Source: Okamejei kenojei
Lineage: Eukaryota
Reading direction: 5' to 3'
Assembly: GCA_035221665.1 (NCBI GenBank)
Contig: CM069145.1
Coordinates: 20,026,001 to 20,090,000, forward strand
Length of the DNA: 64,000 nt
How positions within the stretch are numbered: position 1 is the first letter of the stretch; each line of letters starts with the position of its first letter. The notes under the pieces are model-generated. The model ran no database searches and was not told the origin of the DNA. It worked only from the letters and a program-made list of their open reading frames with translations. Made by a program: the position numbers and the translations under genes. Positions 13,491 through 26,380 of the stretch are shown here, piece after piece.

Positions 13491-14469
13491 ACAATTGGTG
13501 AAATTGCAATTGGTGAAAGTCAAGAACATGAGAGAACATTCTCCACTCACTTGGATGACTTCAGCTATATGAACAATGACGAGGATGGACAAAGAAGGCC
13601 TTTTGATTGGCATCCCATCTGCTATCCTGAACCGTGGGTCCTGCCACCACCATGGCGGCAACGTACATGAAATGCATCCAAGTTATTCAGCTAGGTTATT
13701 GTGGTGTCACGTCTCAAACCTGCAACCTCTATCATAAAGGACAAAGGCACCAAGTACATGTGTGTACCACCACCTGCAGGTTCCCCTCCAAGTTGCACAC
13801 AAACCTGATTTGGACATACATTGCTGTTTCTTCATAGTTGCCAGGGTTAAATCATGAAACCCCATCCAATACTATAATCAAGATGCCACTTCACCCAAAG
13901 GACTACAGCACTTAATACATTGGCTCAGTACCATCTTCCCAAGGGCAAATCAGATCGGCAATAAATGAAGGGCTTCGGAAAAATGAATTTAAAATAGTTT
14001 TTGAAAACATGGAAGCATTTTCTGCTGCAATATGCTTAATAATCCAAATAAGCTATGGATTTGATTATTTTTATGTGTAGGTTTATTTATCTGTTTTTAA
14101 TGTTGGATTTGTGGGTGTGCAGGCATGAACGCAAAGAAGCTTGCACAGATTCAAGTCGAACAGACTTTATTTATAAATCACATCCAATTCATCCTGAAGG
14201 CACTGATAAGATTAACAAAAGACATTTGAACATGTTAGATGGAATGGAAACCATAAATCCATTGAGTACTCTTACTCCATTGCCATGCTGAAATAATTGC
14301 ATGGTAGCATTTTTATTGTCTAAGCAGCCTTAGAGGCTCATTGAGAGAGTTTTTGCATTTAGATTGCAATGGAATAACTTTGCTAAATGGTTTCAGTTTT
14401 ACAGAAACTGCAAAGTGGTAGCAGATTCAAGAGTCTGGTCCTAAGAACAGTAATGTACCACACTTGATT

Positions 14470-14760
14470 GATTGATACAACATGGGAACGGGCCCTTTGG
14501 CCACCAAGTGAATGCCGACCATCGATCATACAATCACATTAATTCTGTTAGCCCACTTTTGGATCCACTTCCTACACACTACTGGAAACTTACAGAGGCC
14601 AAATAACCTACAAACCCGCACGTCTTGGGATGTGGGTGGATACCACAGCACCTGGAGGAAACACACGTGGTCACAGGGAGAACATGCAAACTCCACACAG
14701 ACACCAGCCAAGGTCGGGATTGTACCCAGGTCTGCGACACCAGGAGGCAGTAGCTGTATC
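14470..14760 (-). mobile_element. V-SINE (HE1-like)
   Basis: Reverse-strand V-domain ggtcacagggagaacatgcaaactccacacagac. Confidence 0.8.
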
Positions 14761-17700
14761 ATCTACACCTCGGTGAAGTGCACATACATTCACTACTTAG
14801 ATTAGACATCTCATGCTGTCAACTCCTGTACAGAAGATGTCTGTGTTTAAAATCAAGTTGTTAATGTGCAATGAATCACCATGGAATGACATATAATGTA
14901 TGGTGTAATAGAATGCATGGCCATAAGAGCAATGATGGTACTTCTAACATGCGCGCTGCCACGCTGACATTTACTACATTTGTTGCATTAATTCTCTGAT
15001 CTGATGCTGATAGATGCAGCTCAGAAAAATCTGCTGCTTTTACGCGTAAACGATGGCGAGCGGATGTGGTCCTTGGAATGCTCTGACAGGGAGGTGAATT
15101 CCAACCTGAATGTGGGGCAGAACTAAAAATTGAAATCAAGGATGGAGACAGTGGATGTAAAGTGGTAACATTAATTCAGGGGAACAGTGTTAACGTCTGA
15201 AAGGGGGATATTTGGAGACATCACGTTTGGAGCTCAAAAACATTCATTCTTGAAAAGGTGTGGGTTACCTGACCGGAATTATAGGGAGGAAATAGAAGAA
15301 ATGCACAGGCTAACTAGAGACACGAGTTGGGAATTCAAAATTTTCTTTTGAGAAGATTTGACTTACTTGTTTATCAGTTGGGGTAAGGAGATACATGAAG
15401 ATAAGGTAATGGATTTCCTTCGAGAGTTATTTTAGTTTTCCACAGATCTTTTTTATGCGGATCTGGTTATGAATAATCAAATAGGTTGGATGGATAAATT
15501 ATTTGGTGAGTACCTAGGGAGTAGGTGTCCATAATAGTGAAAATTCTGAAAATTCAGCAAGAGAAATCATAATATGTTTGGTAATATGTTCAAAGCATGC
15601 ATACATCAGTGCAGGCAATGGTTAGTGTAGTAATTTAAGTTTGTAATGCTTTAATAATTAACACAGTGAAATGCTGCAGGAATACTATTGCCTGCGAGCC
15701 ATGCACCAAGTGTTAGTGAACATTTATTTCTTGCGTCAGTACTGTTTCAAAATCTGAGAACTCCCTCCCCAAGATCATCTTGGGAGTGTGTAAAAATGTT
15801 GGCCAGTATAATTTATCAAAGGTACCAGCTAAATCCTTAATTCATTCATCTTAATGGCTCGTCATAGACCATCTGGGGTTTATCAACCAGTCTATGCCTG
15901 GGAGTTAATGATGCCTATGTCGAGTCCCTGAACTGTTTAACATCAAGCGGCTTGAATTATATTAGCATTTACACCATGAAATTCCCATCAGGATCTGCAC
16001 AACATGGTAAATGAACAGATTAACCCTTTTCTGCTTGCATTAAAAGACGCCAGATCACAAAATCATGAACTGGCAATTATTCACTAACCTTCAATGGCAC
16101 TGAGGTGCAGCCTAAAGGCAACCCCTGTGTTACACCCATTCGTGTGATGGAAATTTGCACTTACAGAATTCACAAATCACTACCCAACATTTTCAGATAT
16201 GAAATAAAATTAAAGTGGGAGGAAAAAAAGTAAACAAATCAACACAAAGTTTATGATTTCATCTCTCCATTCTTGATGCATAAAAACAGATGATGTTGCT
16301 TTGCATTATGAAAATCGCAATAGGACTAATCTCAAAGAATGCAACCTTCCCTCCCAGCCCTGGGTAGCCCAGGGATCGCCTGCATGCATGTTTTGTGTGC
16401 AAAAGATTAATTGATGAAACGGACATGGTTACAAGGGCAAATAAGTAGATCATTCAGCATTAACTAGTTGGTTACAAACTTACAGTTGAGATAATCATCC
16501 AGTTGATGTCAACTGGTGGCTATGTAGAATTTAATTCTATAGAAATCTGTTTATATTATTCCCGGTCAGTTGAATAAATTAAGATCTATATTCTTGTAGT
16601 TACAGTTTTTTTTTCTCAATTTGTCTGGATGAACTGGTTGCCTTGAGTTCCTTTGGGACATTAGCTTTTTGATTAACTCATGGGCCTGTATTTTCCTGTC
16701 CTCTTGGATTCTATGCTCCTGTCTGAATTCACCTTCACTTACAGGCAGCTCAAACTCACTAATATCTGAGATATACTTTCATCTTGCTGGTGTAGCTATG
16801 CATTCCTGTTTAGGTGATGTTGCTCTGTGTCAGTGGAGGTCCTTCTAAGCTTGCAGAGACACTCTCTCACCTTCATGTACCCAGAATATTGGATTAACTT
16901 CCATTCCAACTAGTATTGAATAAGCTGTGAAGAGAATTAAACAAAAGCAAGTAAACTGTTCTCATAGCACCAGTAATTTCCAATTAAGCCCTTCTTATTT
17001 TTGCTGATCCATTTGAATAGTAAATGTGTCAGAACAATTTAGCTTGACAATCAACATACCTAATACACAGGTGTTCCAGCTTGCTTGTTTATGTTCTGGT
17101 CTTTGGGCCACAGGCCTCATGACTTATCACCTTGCTAGGGAATGTTTCAGTGAGTTGAATAGGATTAACATGTTCATTGCCCAGCCCTCAGTGTGATGCT
17201 CCATTTTGTGGGCACGTTTAAGGTAGTCAGTGCGTTCCTCTTAAATAAAAATAGAATAATCTTGAGGATTTTAGTGTTAAACAATGAAGCCTAACCACCA
17301 CATTATCAAGAATACATATACCTTTCCCAGTGTCACCTATGTTGTGCCAACAAATAAAGATCAAAGTAAAATCTCACAGCTGTGAAATTATGCTGCAGTG
17401 GTTTAGTTTGAGCTGCAGTAGTTTAGATTAGTTTTATGTGTAGTGGTAGTGCACATTTTTAGTGTTTTTCCAACTAAAGTGCATTTGGAGAATTTTGGGC
17501 CAATATACTATAAAGTGATGTATCTTACAAGGCACCATTCCTTATTGAAACATTTGTACACGCATTGGATATTGTAGAGAATATCAAGACAGTGTAGAAT
17601 AAATATCTTGAAAATGATGCCTATTGTTCATTGTACATTGGGGTTTTCTGCATTTTACAAGGCACTTCATACCGTGAAATCCCTGGTCTATCTAATGTAA

Positions 17701-19266
17701 GATATTCTGTAAGGTATAAGGTGACTGTTTATTCTACACTTCCTTAAAATATATTTTTAATAATTATTAAAACTATTTGAAGTACAGCTGCAAAAAGCAG
17801 AGAATAATAACAGTTTTGTGAATAATTACGTGATGGGAAAGATCTTTCTGTGCGACAACATGGAAATGAAATTCAATTCCCAGTGGAATAATGTGTAATT
17901 TCCAGGAACTGGAGCCACCCAAAAGCACTCTGGCACCACTTGTGTGATAAGCCTGAATTCTGACAGTAATTTTAGATGTTTTGAGACTACTTTTTGGAAT
18001 TATGCACCACTCATCCTTTCCCCCACCTCTGCTCTTCCAAACGATGATCCTAAACGTTTAATTTTGGGGATTTGTAATTGAATAAATTCTTGAAATATAT
18101 CACGTTTCATTCTGTTGAGGTTTTTGTTAATGAGGTTAAAGGTTCATAATCTTTAGTTATGTCACAGGTAAACATGCAGAGTTGCCACATATGGGTGCTC
18201 GGTTAGTATGGACTCAGTGGGCTGAAGGGCTAAATGACTCTGACACTATCGGGCATTATAGACAGATATTCGGAGTGTTTCTATTTTGACTAGTATGCAG
18301 TGATAACACTATCATCTTGTTTAAAAAATATTCTGATTTGTGACATAACAATAGCGTTGCCGTAGCTGGACATTATTCACCTCTGCTTCTTGTGGAAGGT
18401 TAAGTTGTACAGCCACAACCAAACCTTGGATTCTTCTCCTGAACACATGCAAGTCTTACCAACAGTATCATTGCCTTTTGTAAGGGTTGGCTTTTCCACC
18501 TCTGCCTTGTGCTGCGGAAGTCAGTTTGGTCACAGCTTAGCAAGTAAATGATGTCTGTTGTAACCTGACCTACTTCAAAAGCCTCTTGAACACCTCCAGT
18601 CCTAAAACACTCACTGTGATGCATTTTCTGCCTCGGAATAGCTGAGTTTTTGTGCGTCCTTTTTAGCTACTTGTCACCATGGCTATGTAGTAGAGGGGCA
18701 GGTGATAACAGAGCCGTACGCTCGTACACTGAATGCCATTTACCAATTTTGCTTTCCAGGAGCATTGTTGAATTTTCTGATTGAGGGGTTAATTGGACCA
18801 TGTGAAAGAACGTAAGGTGTTATTTTTTTAAAGGCGTTTCTTGATTAGTGCAGGTGTCGGAGGTTATGTGGAGAAGGTAGAAGAGAGAAAGGGGTTAGGA
18901 GAGAGAGATGTTTGAATGGTGGAGTAGACTTGATGGGCCGAATGGCCTAATTCTGTTCCTATCACATGATCTTATGGTACACTGTGCCATAACTTTGACA
19001 CCAACGTAATTCCTATGAACTTGAAATAAAAGAACAAAAATACTGCAGATACTCAAAGTTCTGGCAAAAGAAACTGAGTCAACATTTCAGGTTGAAGATC
19101 CTTCATCAGGAAGGAGAGAGAAACATTTCTTGCTAATCTGCAGGGGATCATGGAGTAGACAGGATAAAAGTAGGGTGCCCATGGGATTAAAAACTGGGGG
19201 CACTCAGTGGGACAGGCGCCTATGTAGGGAATGGACAGATGATGTTTCGGGTCAGGGCTTATTTTA

Positions 19267-19582
19267 AGGGGCTGTCCCACTGGATGAGCTAATTCAAGAG
19301 TTCTCCCGAGTTTCCCCTGATTCGAACTCGGAGAATTACGATAATAGCCGCTCGTAGGTACTTGGGGCTCTTGTGGACATTTTTCAACGTTGAAAAATCT
19401 TCACGAGTCTTCACGAGCTTACCGCGTTTCCCGAGTACCTGCCGTTAGCGTTACAAACCGCTAAGAGACATCCCGAGCTCCGACGTACCCAATACGTACA
19501 TTCTGCGTGCTTACCATGAGTTCGATTTTTTTTTTAAACTTGGGAGAGCTCTTGAATTGGCTCGTAGAGTGGGACAGCCCCT
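19267..19582. mobile_element. PIF/Harbinger-type MITE, complete, with TTA TSD
   Basis: Imperfect ~45-bp TIRs (AGGGGCTGTCCCACT...AGTGGGACAGCCCCT); TTA at 19264-19266 and 19583-19585. Confidence 0.85.
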
Positions 19583-19589
19583 TTAGACT

Positions 19590-20090
19590 GATGTGTGACC
19601 ATGGGCATAGGCTGGCAACTGGGGATATCTGCCGAATGGGAGCAGTTCAAGAGCAGAGATTGTGGGAGTTGGAAAACGCAGAGCTGGGAGATATTCCCGG
19701 CAGGTTCGGCTGGTCATTTCCACTCCCAGAGGGGAAAAAAGGGGGAAATAAAACAAACGGTCTGAGCCAATGTAGCAGATGAAAATCTGATGCAGAGAAA
19801 TCAAGTTATCTGATGTTGCACAATTCCATATTGAAGGCAGCCATGTGTACAGACAGGAAATAAGTCCTGTTGTTGAAGGTTGCATTGTAACAGTGCCGGT
19901 GGCCACAGACTCATAGATCAGAGTGGGGTGGGGAATTAAACTAGCAGGCAGCAGGATGCTTGGTCACTCCAGTGGACTGAATGTGAATGCTCCACAACGT
20001 GGTCATCCAATCTATGTTTAGTTTATCCACTGCAGAGGAGACCACGTGTTGAATGTCAAATGTTATACACTAGATTGGAAAAATATTTAT
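19590..20090 (-). mobile_element. Degenerate Penelope-like 3' region (GIY-YIG remnant)
   Basis: Resembles the 34300-34500 segment (caattccatattga...gaaataagtcctgttgttgaagg...gagtggggtggggaattaaac). Confidence 0.5.
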
Positions 20091-20094
20091 CTTA

Positions 20095-20475
20095 TAGAAT
20101 CATGTGTATAAAATCATGAGGTGAATCGATTGGGTGGATGCACAGAGTCGCTTGCCCAGAGTGGGGGAATCGAGAACCAGAGGGCATAGGTTTAAAGTGA
20201 TGGGGGAAGGATTTTATAGGAATCTGTGCAGTAACTTTTTCATGCGAAAAGTGGTGGATGCCTGAAGCAAGCTGCTGGAGGAGGTAGTTGAGACAGGGGC
20301 TATTGTAACATTGAGAAGCAATTAGATTAATATATAGTTAGGACAGGTTTAGGACAGGTTTAGAGGGATATGGGTCAAATGCAGGCATGTGGGACTAGTG
20401 TAGATGGAACATGTTGGTTGGTGAAGCAAAGTTGGCACAGAGGGTCTGCTTCCACACTGTATGACTCCATGACAC
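20095..20475 (+). mobile_element. CR1 3' fragment
   Basis: agaaccagagggcatagg (RTRGH) followed by a tail ctgtatgactccatgac. Confidence 0.85.
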
Positions 20476-21725
20476 TGAGTACAATTGATTTGTTGCATCA
20501 TCTGGAAAGACTGCTCAGGTCCCTGGAGAGTGGCGAGGGAGGAGGTGCAAGGACATGCGATATGTCACCTGTAGTTGTAAGGGAAAGTGCTGCGTGGGGA
20601 GTGGCTGGTGAAGGCAGGAGTGGGCCAGGAAGTTGTGAAAGGATTGGTTCCTGTGAAATGTCGAATATGGACAAGAAAGGGAGATCACTGATTTTCCGAA
20701 GCAGCATTTGTTGTACAAGCGCTATGATGTTGCACGTTCAGTAGATGCAAGTGAGGATAAACCACTACCATTTCACATTTGTTCATGGTCGTTCAAGCTT
20801 CTCACCAGGACTGTTGTGTACACTCTAGGCTGTCACCCTGATGCTAATTGTGGGGTGTGCCATCCTTCCACAGAATTTATGCCCATTCAAGTGAACATAA
20901 AGAAGAAGAATCAGAACTGTGCTCAGGTCTGTGCTGTACTAAGGTCTGTGCTCAGGATCTTAGATCAATGCCACCAAGTCGATTCATTGATTATTTCTTC
21001 ATTTGTTTTTTGTAAGATCTTTTGGCTTCTCTAATTTCACATCATGATATCAAGCACTATTCTGAAAGAATTGTGGATGAGAAGCATTTGGAATATCCCT
21101 AGAACTTGAATGGCATTGCGTAAATACAAATTATTTCCTTTTTATTAAAGTCTTTTCATCTATAGAATGGCACATCCTATTGCAAGGTTAATGTGCCATT
21201 ACTGGCAAGTATTTGATATTTCTGTAAACAGTCAGATTATAATGAATGACCTTGGTCTCTGAGATCCTAAGAAAGTGGGGGAAGAATAGGAACACTTTCT
21301 TTATATCAATGAAGACAGAAATTCCTGGTGGAAATTGATCTTAGTTCCAATTGAGCCAACGTCATTAGTACAGGTTGCAACCCTGTGGATCTGCAGTACA
21401 GATTTGAGCTAATTCATTATTTCTAACTGAGGTATAATTAAAATCTAAATTTAACAAATATCTGTGCTAATCTGCACTAAATTAAACCAAACAGTGCAAT
21501 TCTGGTCAGAAGAAGATGATCAAGAGGGCATTTCCTTTGGACTGGCATCAGTCAGATCTCCAAGGTGGCAAACTAGTGACTTCAGCCTGTTGTACAGAAG
21601 TCCACTAAAGCAATAATAACAATCTAGACATCAAATTTGGAAACTACTAAAATTGTAGATGCTGAAACTCGGAAATATAAAAAGTAAATGGTGGCAACAT
21701 TCAACAGTTCAAATAGAACCAGATC

Positions 21726-23266
21726 AAAATCACATGTGGTTAAAGTGCACATTGTCAGATTTTATTAAAGGCCACTTTTATACATTTTGTTTTCACCATG
21801 TAGAAAATACAGCAGTGTTTATACATAGTCCCCCCCTATTTCAAGGCATCATAATGTTTGGGGCACAGCAATGTCATGTAAATGAAAGTAGTCACGTTTA
21901 GTATTTTGTTGCATATCCTTTGCATGCAATGACTGCTTCAAGTCTGCGATTCATGGACATCACCAGTTGCTGGGTGTCTTCTCTGGTGATGATCTGCCAG
22001 GCCTGTATTGCAGACATCTTTAGCACATGCTTGTTTTGGGGGCTAGTCCCCTTCAGTTTTCCCTTCAGCGTATAAAAGGAATGCTCAATTGTGTTCAGAT
22101 CGGGTGATTGACTTGGCCACTCAAGAATTGACCATTTTTCAGCTTTGAAAAACTCCTTTGTTGCTTTAACAGTATGTATCTTGCTGTAGAATGAACTGCC
22201 GGCCAATGAGTTTTGAGGCATTTGTTTGAACTTGAGGAGATAGGATGCGTCTATACAATTCAGAATGTATTCTGCTACTACCATCAGCAGTTGTATCATC
22301 AATGAAGATAAGTGAACCACTACCTTCAGCAGCCATACATGCCCAGGCCATAACTCCTCCACCACCGTGTTTCACAGATGAGGTGGTATGCTTTGGATCT
22401 TGGGCAGTTCCTTCTCTCCTCCATACTTTGCTCTTGCCATCACTCTGATATAAGTTAATCTTTGTCTCATCTGTCCACAAGCCCTTTTTTCCAGAACTGT
22501 GGTGGCTCTTTTAAGTACTTGGCAAACTGTAACCCGGCCATCCTATTTTTGCAGCAAACCAATGGCTTGCATCTTGCAGTGTATCCTCTGTATTTCTGTT
22601 CATTAAGTCTTCTGCGGACAGTGGTCATTGACAAATCCACACCTGACTCCTGAAGAGTGTTTCTGATCCGTCGGACAGGTGTTTGGGGATTTTTCTTTAT
22701 TATAGAGAGAATTCTTCTGTCATCAGCGGTGGAGGTATTCCTTGGCCTGCCAGTCCCTTTGCGATTATTAAGCTCACCAGCGCTCTCTTTCTTCTTAATG
22801 ATGTTCAAAACTTGATTTTGGTAAGCCTGAGGATTGGCTGATATCTAAAAGTTTTATTCTTGTTTCTCAGTCTCATAATGGCTTATTTGACGTTCATTGG
22901 CACAACTTTGGTCCTCACGTTGATAAACAGCAATAAAAGTTTCCAAGGGTGATGGAAAGACTAGGTGCTGAGAGCTCTCTTATACCTGCATTAAGGAGGC
23001 ATTTAAACACACCTGAGCAATTACAAACACCTGTGAAGCCATGTGTCCCAAACATTATGGTGCCCTGAAATGGGGGGACTATGTATAAACACAGCTGTAA
23101 TTTCTATATGGTGAAACTAAAATGTATAAAAATACCCTTTAATAAAATCTGACAATGTGCATTTTAATCACATGTGATTTTTTTTCTATTACATATATCA
23201 AATTGTGCATACAGAGGCAAATAAATAAATGATGGGTCTTTGTCACAAACATTATGGAGAGCACTG
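21726..23266 (-). mobile_element. Tc1-family (IR/DR, Sleeping Beauty-like) DNA transposon with decayed transposase
   Basis: Minus-strand ORF pieces: GRPR..S..DDRRI, WTDETK, VKHGGG.VM.W.C, QQD, WPSQSPDLNTIEH. Long inverted repeats (21726-21870 vs 23043-23185), repeated caaacattatgg DR motifs, and right terminus CACTG+TA at 23266. Confidence 0.95.
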
Positions 23267-23470
23267 TATGACAGCATGTAGCCAAATGAACAGATAGCTA
23301 TCAGTAATTAGCACTTTGTAGGTTTATAGCTGATTGGGTTTAGGTCTAAATCTTAATTTTTTAACCTTATGAAGTGTACTGTTTTTAGTCAAATATGTTA
23401 GTGTTCATCAATTGTTTGCAATCACATCTAGATTATGCAATGTTTTCTGAGCTAATGTAATAGATAATCG

Positions 23471-23602
23471 TTTGAGGAGGGACTTGATTTGAAACATCAC
23501 CAATTCCTTCTCTCCAAAGATGCTGCCTGTTCCGCTGAGTTACTCCAGTTTTTTTTTACTATCTTCGGTTTAAACCAGCATCTGCAGTTCCTTCTTACAC
23601 AT
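23471..23602 (+). repeat. Penelope-derived short repeat with degenerate hammerhead motif
   Basis: ttgaggagggacttgatttgaaacatcacc...agatgctgcctgttccgctgagttactccag...cagcatctgcagttccttcttacaca. Confidence 0.75.
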
Positions 23603-24822
23603 AATCCTTTGAGGACGGTGCCATTGAAATGTAGAGTTTTACCTGATTCTAACAGATACTGCCGAATATAGGTTGTCATGATAAAGTTAGATTAAAATAT
23701 CTGTAAATTACTGAAGTGAACCATAACTTTATCTCTCGCCAATCTCTCAATGTGCAGAAAAACTCCATCTGCTGATGTTGGACTGATCACATCAAGCAAG
23801 ATAAGGCATGAAGTCTGCAATTGACTGAGCTCAGTTTGGTTTGCATTAAGTGTACTGCAATTACTCTTATTCCTGCACTGAGGCAGTGCTGAAATTGGTG
23901 TGAGTTTCTGCTTTGGTTTAGTATTAATGATTCCCGTGGGAGTGGAACTGTAGGGAGTTTTTGGTATTCCTCATGATTGAAATTGTTTTTTTATCATTCC
24001 TGCCCCACTCCAAGACTAGCCACTGTTTTCACGGGCAATTTGGGGTAGGCAATAAATATGGATGGTCATATTTCCATGAATAGAGTGAAAATATAGCAGT
24101 AAAATAATTATTAGTTTGAGATTAATGAAAGCCATTGAACTCACATCCCCATGGTTTTTCTCTCTCGCAAGTACTCCAGTGATGTTTTCAAGGAATGTGA
24201 AATTTGTTGCATTCTAGGCACGTCGGACGTTGAAATGCTCGATATGAACTAATCTTAAAGAAAAAACCCTGAATTTTCATTGCAGCTTTAAAGCTTTGCA
24301 TGCTTGGTTAACATGACATGAGTACAGTAAATGGTGAAGCATTTGAAGTTCTTGCATGGCAAAGAAAATCATCATTATGGCAAGCCGTTGTTCACTTACT
24401 TCCTAATGACTGGATTTTTACTGCCAAGCTGTCTCCTCCAATGAACTGTGTGTAGATATGCACCATTTTTAACAAGAAAGTTGACTAAAGCAGAACTGGC
24501 CCGATATTTACCTAGTATTTAGATTTTTGGTGGAAAAGAAGCTTGGGTTTGTAAAATCATGGCATTTATTGATGCTCCAAGCAATAAATCCTGTCAGATA
24601 TTTATACCTTATATATGTTATTCCCTCTTAATGTCTTGTGCTCTATATGTTGTTTTGTTATGGCAAATATGTGTGTCTTGAATCACAACATGTCTGGTTC
24701 ATTTTTACCTCTGGCAAACCACTGCAGATCATTGTTTTAGTTTTAATATCACTTGGTTTCTGGATCACAGATATTGTAGGTAGCTTTGATAAAACCAAAA
24801 GTCATGGTCAGCTGAACCAGTG

Positions 24823-26380
24823 GCATATCCGGCAATGAAGACACACCTGCGTCTAAGACGCACCCCTGTTTTGAGTTGTGAAATTTTGAAAAAAGGCTAG
24901 CGGGACATAGAATTTCTCACACTCAAAAAAATAAATAAAAATAAAGAAAAATAAAGAAAGTAACAATTCAATTTGCCCAAGGCTTCCAGATCTCTTCCAT
25001 TCTTAATGACTGAATGGGTGGGGGGGGTGGAGGGTGACAGCAGGTGGAGAGATGGTGGGAATAATGGGAGCACACCGGGATGTTGAATCAGTTGTGATTT
25101 TATTGAATGACAATACTAGTTCAAGGGACCAATTGGGGGAGAGTTCCTTTCACAGCATGTGGGAAGTCTGGCCCGGGTCAGCAAGGGCAGGAGCGTTGAG
25201 AAGGAGGGGGTCGGGGATCATGCCAGCAACTCACTCACTCACCGCTGCCGCGGCACTCGGGCGCGGAGCCACCGCATTGTGGCCGGGGAGGGAAGTAGCT
25301 CGGGTGGCTGTGAGCGGCCGCCAGGACCAGACAGCGGAACCGGCCGCCACCTCAACACCTTCTGCTGGCATGCTGACCTCTGGCAGTGCTCTCCGTCTGA
25401 ACACCTCTCTCCTACCGCTCGCCGGCCTCGCTCATGTCAGCCGCTTCCCGCAAATCCTTAAATACCGACTGCCGCCGGGAGCAGGACATGGCCTCGCTGC
25501 GCTGGGTAACACTGCATGGCATTCACTGCCCAGTCCGTGTCTTTCAAGAGCAAAGATCATAGAGCGGAGCGTGTCAGCGGGTGATGGATAACAGGACAGC
25601 GGGCAGTGGAGCTTACTCCTGTGTCAGCGTGAGTAACCTCAATTGGTCCCTTGATCGCACTGACACAGGAGTAAGCTCCACCGCCCGCTGTCCTGTTATC
25701 CATCGACCGCTGGCCTGCTCAGCTTTATGATCTTTGCTCTTGAGCTGGTCCCCTCACTGTCCGGTCCATGGCGGCCGCTCGCAGCTACCCGAGCTACTTC
25801 CCTCCCCGGCGGCAGTCGGAATTTAAGTATTTGCGGGAAGCGGCTAACATGAGCGAGCAGCAGGAGAGAAGTGTTCAGATGGAGAGCACTGCCAGAGGTG
25901 AGCAGGCCGGCAGAAGCCGCTAAGGTGGCAGCTGGTTCCGCTGTCCGGTCCCGGCGGCCGCTCACAGCCACCCGAGCTACTTGCCTCCCCGGCCACAATG
26001 CGGTGGCTCCGCGCCCGGAGCGCTGCGGCAGCGGTGAATGGGTGAGTTGCTGGCATGATCCCCGACCCCCTCCTTCTCAATGCTCCTGCCTCTGCTGACC
26101 CGGGCCAGACTCCCCACACGCTGTGAAAGGAACTCGTCTCTTCCCCCCCCCCCGCACGCCACGCTGTACTTTTACAGCTGCTTCCCATCAGCTGCCAGCA
26201 ATGAGGGATAGACTTGGCTATCCCCCAGTACAGCAACGTCATTCTTGATGTTCCTGTACTGAGGGATTGCCAAGTCCATCTTTCTTGGCTAACAACCTAA
26301 CCTTCGGCCTCCAAGACACAGGTAAATTTTCGTGCCTTTTTTTGGGTAAAAAATAATGTCTTCATTGCTGGGAAATACGC
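24823..26380. mobile_element. Non-autonomous pogo/Tc2-like DNA element containing a GC-rich foldback
   Basis: Terminal inverted repeats gcatatccggcaatgaagaca (24823) and tgtcttcattgctgggaaatacgc+TA (26357-26380), with subterminal taagacgca/caagacaca motifs. Confidence 0.6.
25140..26135. repeat. Long inverted repeat (foldback), CpG-rich
   Basis: 25140-25478 is the reverse complement of ~25806-26135, and 25544-25627 is the reverse complement of ~25659-25743, around a ~30-bp centre. The ORF track shows near-identical peptides on opposite strands. Confidence 0.93.

Larger units (their letters stand above)
8180..13965 (+). mobile_element. Old CR1/L2-group LINE, outer layer of the nest (pieces ~8180-8705, ~13130-13305, ~13510-13965)
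   Basis: Degenerate RT motif NPSK..SISLLSLINKMMK.LIDSAIKWHFLNNN at 8190-8300; the ORF2-like sequence resumes at ~13135 (FNDITITDILG...). Confidence 0.65.

Noticed and set aside
18760-18811. Possible small exon (ttttgctttccag...aac|gtaagg)
   Set aside because: 52 nt, not frame-preserving, no homology; such site pairs are common by chance.
25034-26242. ORFs of 100-185 aa as a duplicated gene pair
   Set aside because: They are mirror translations of a GC-rich inverted repeat with no recognisable domain.
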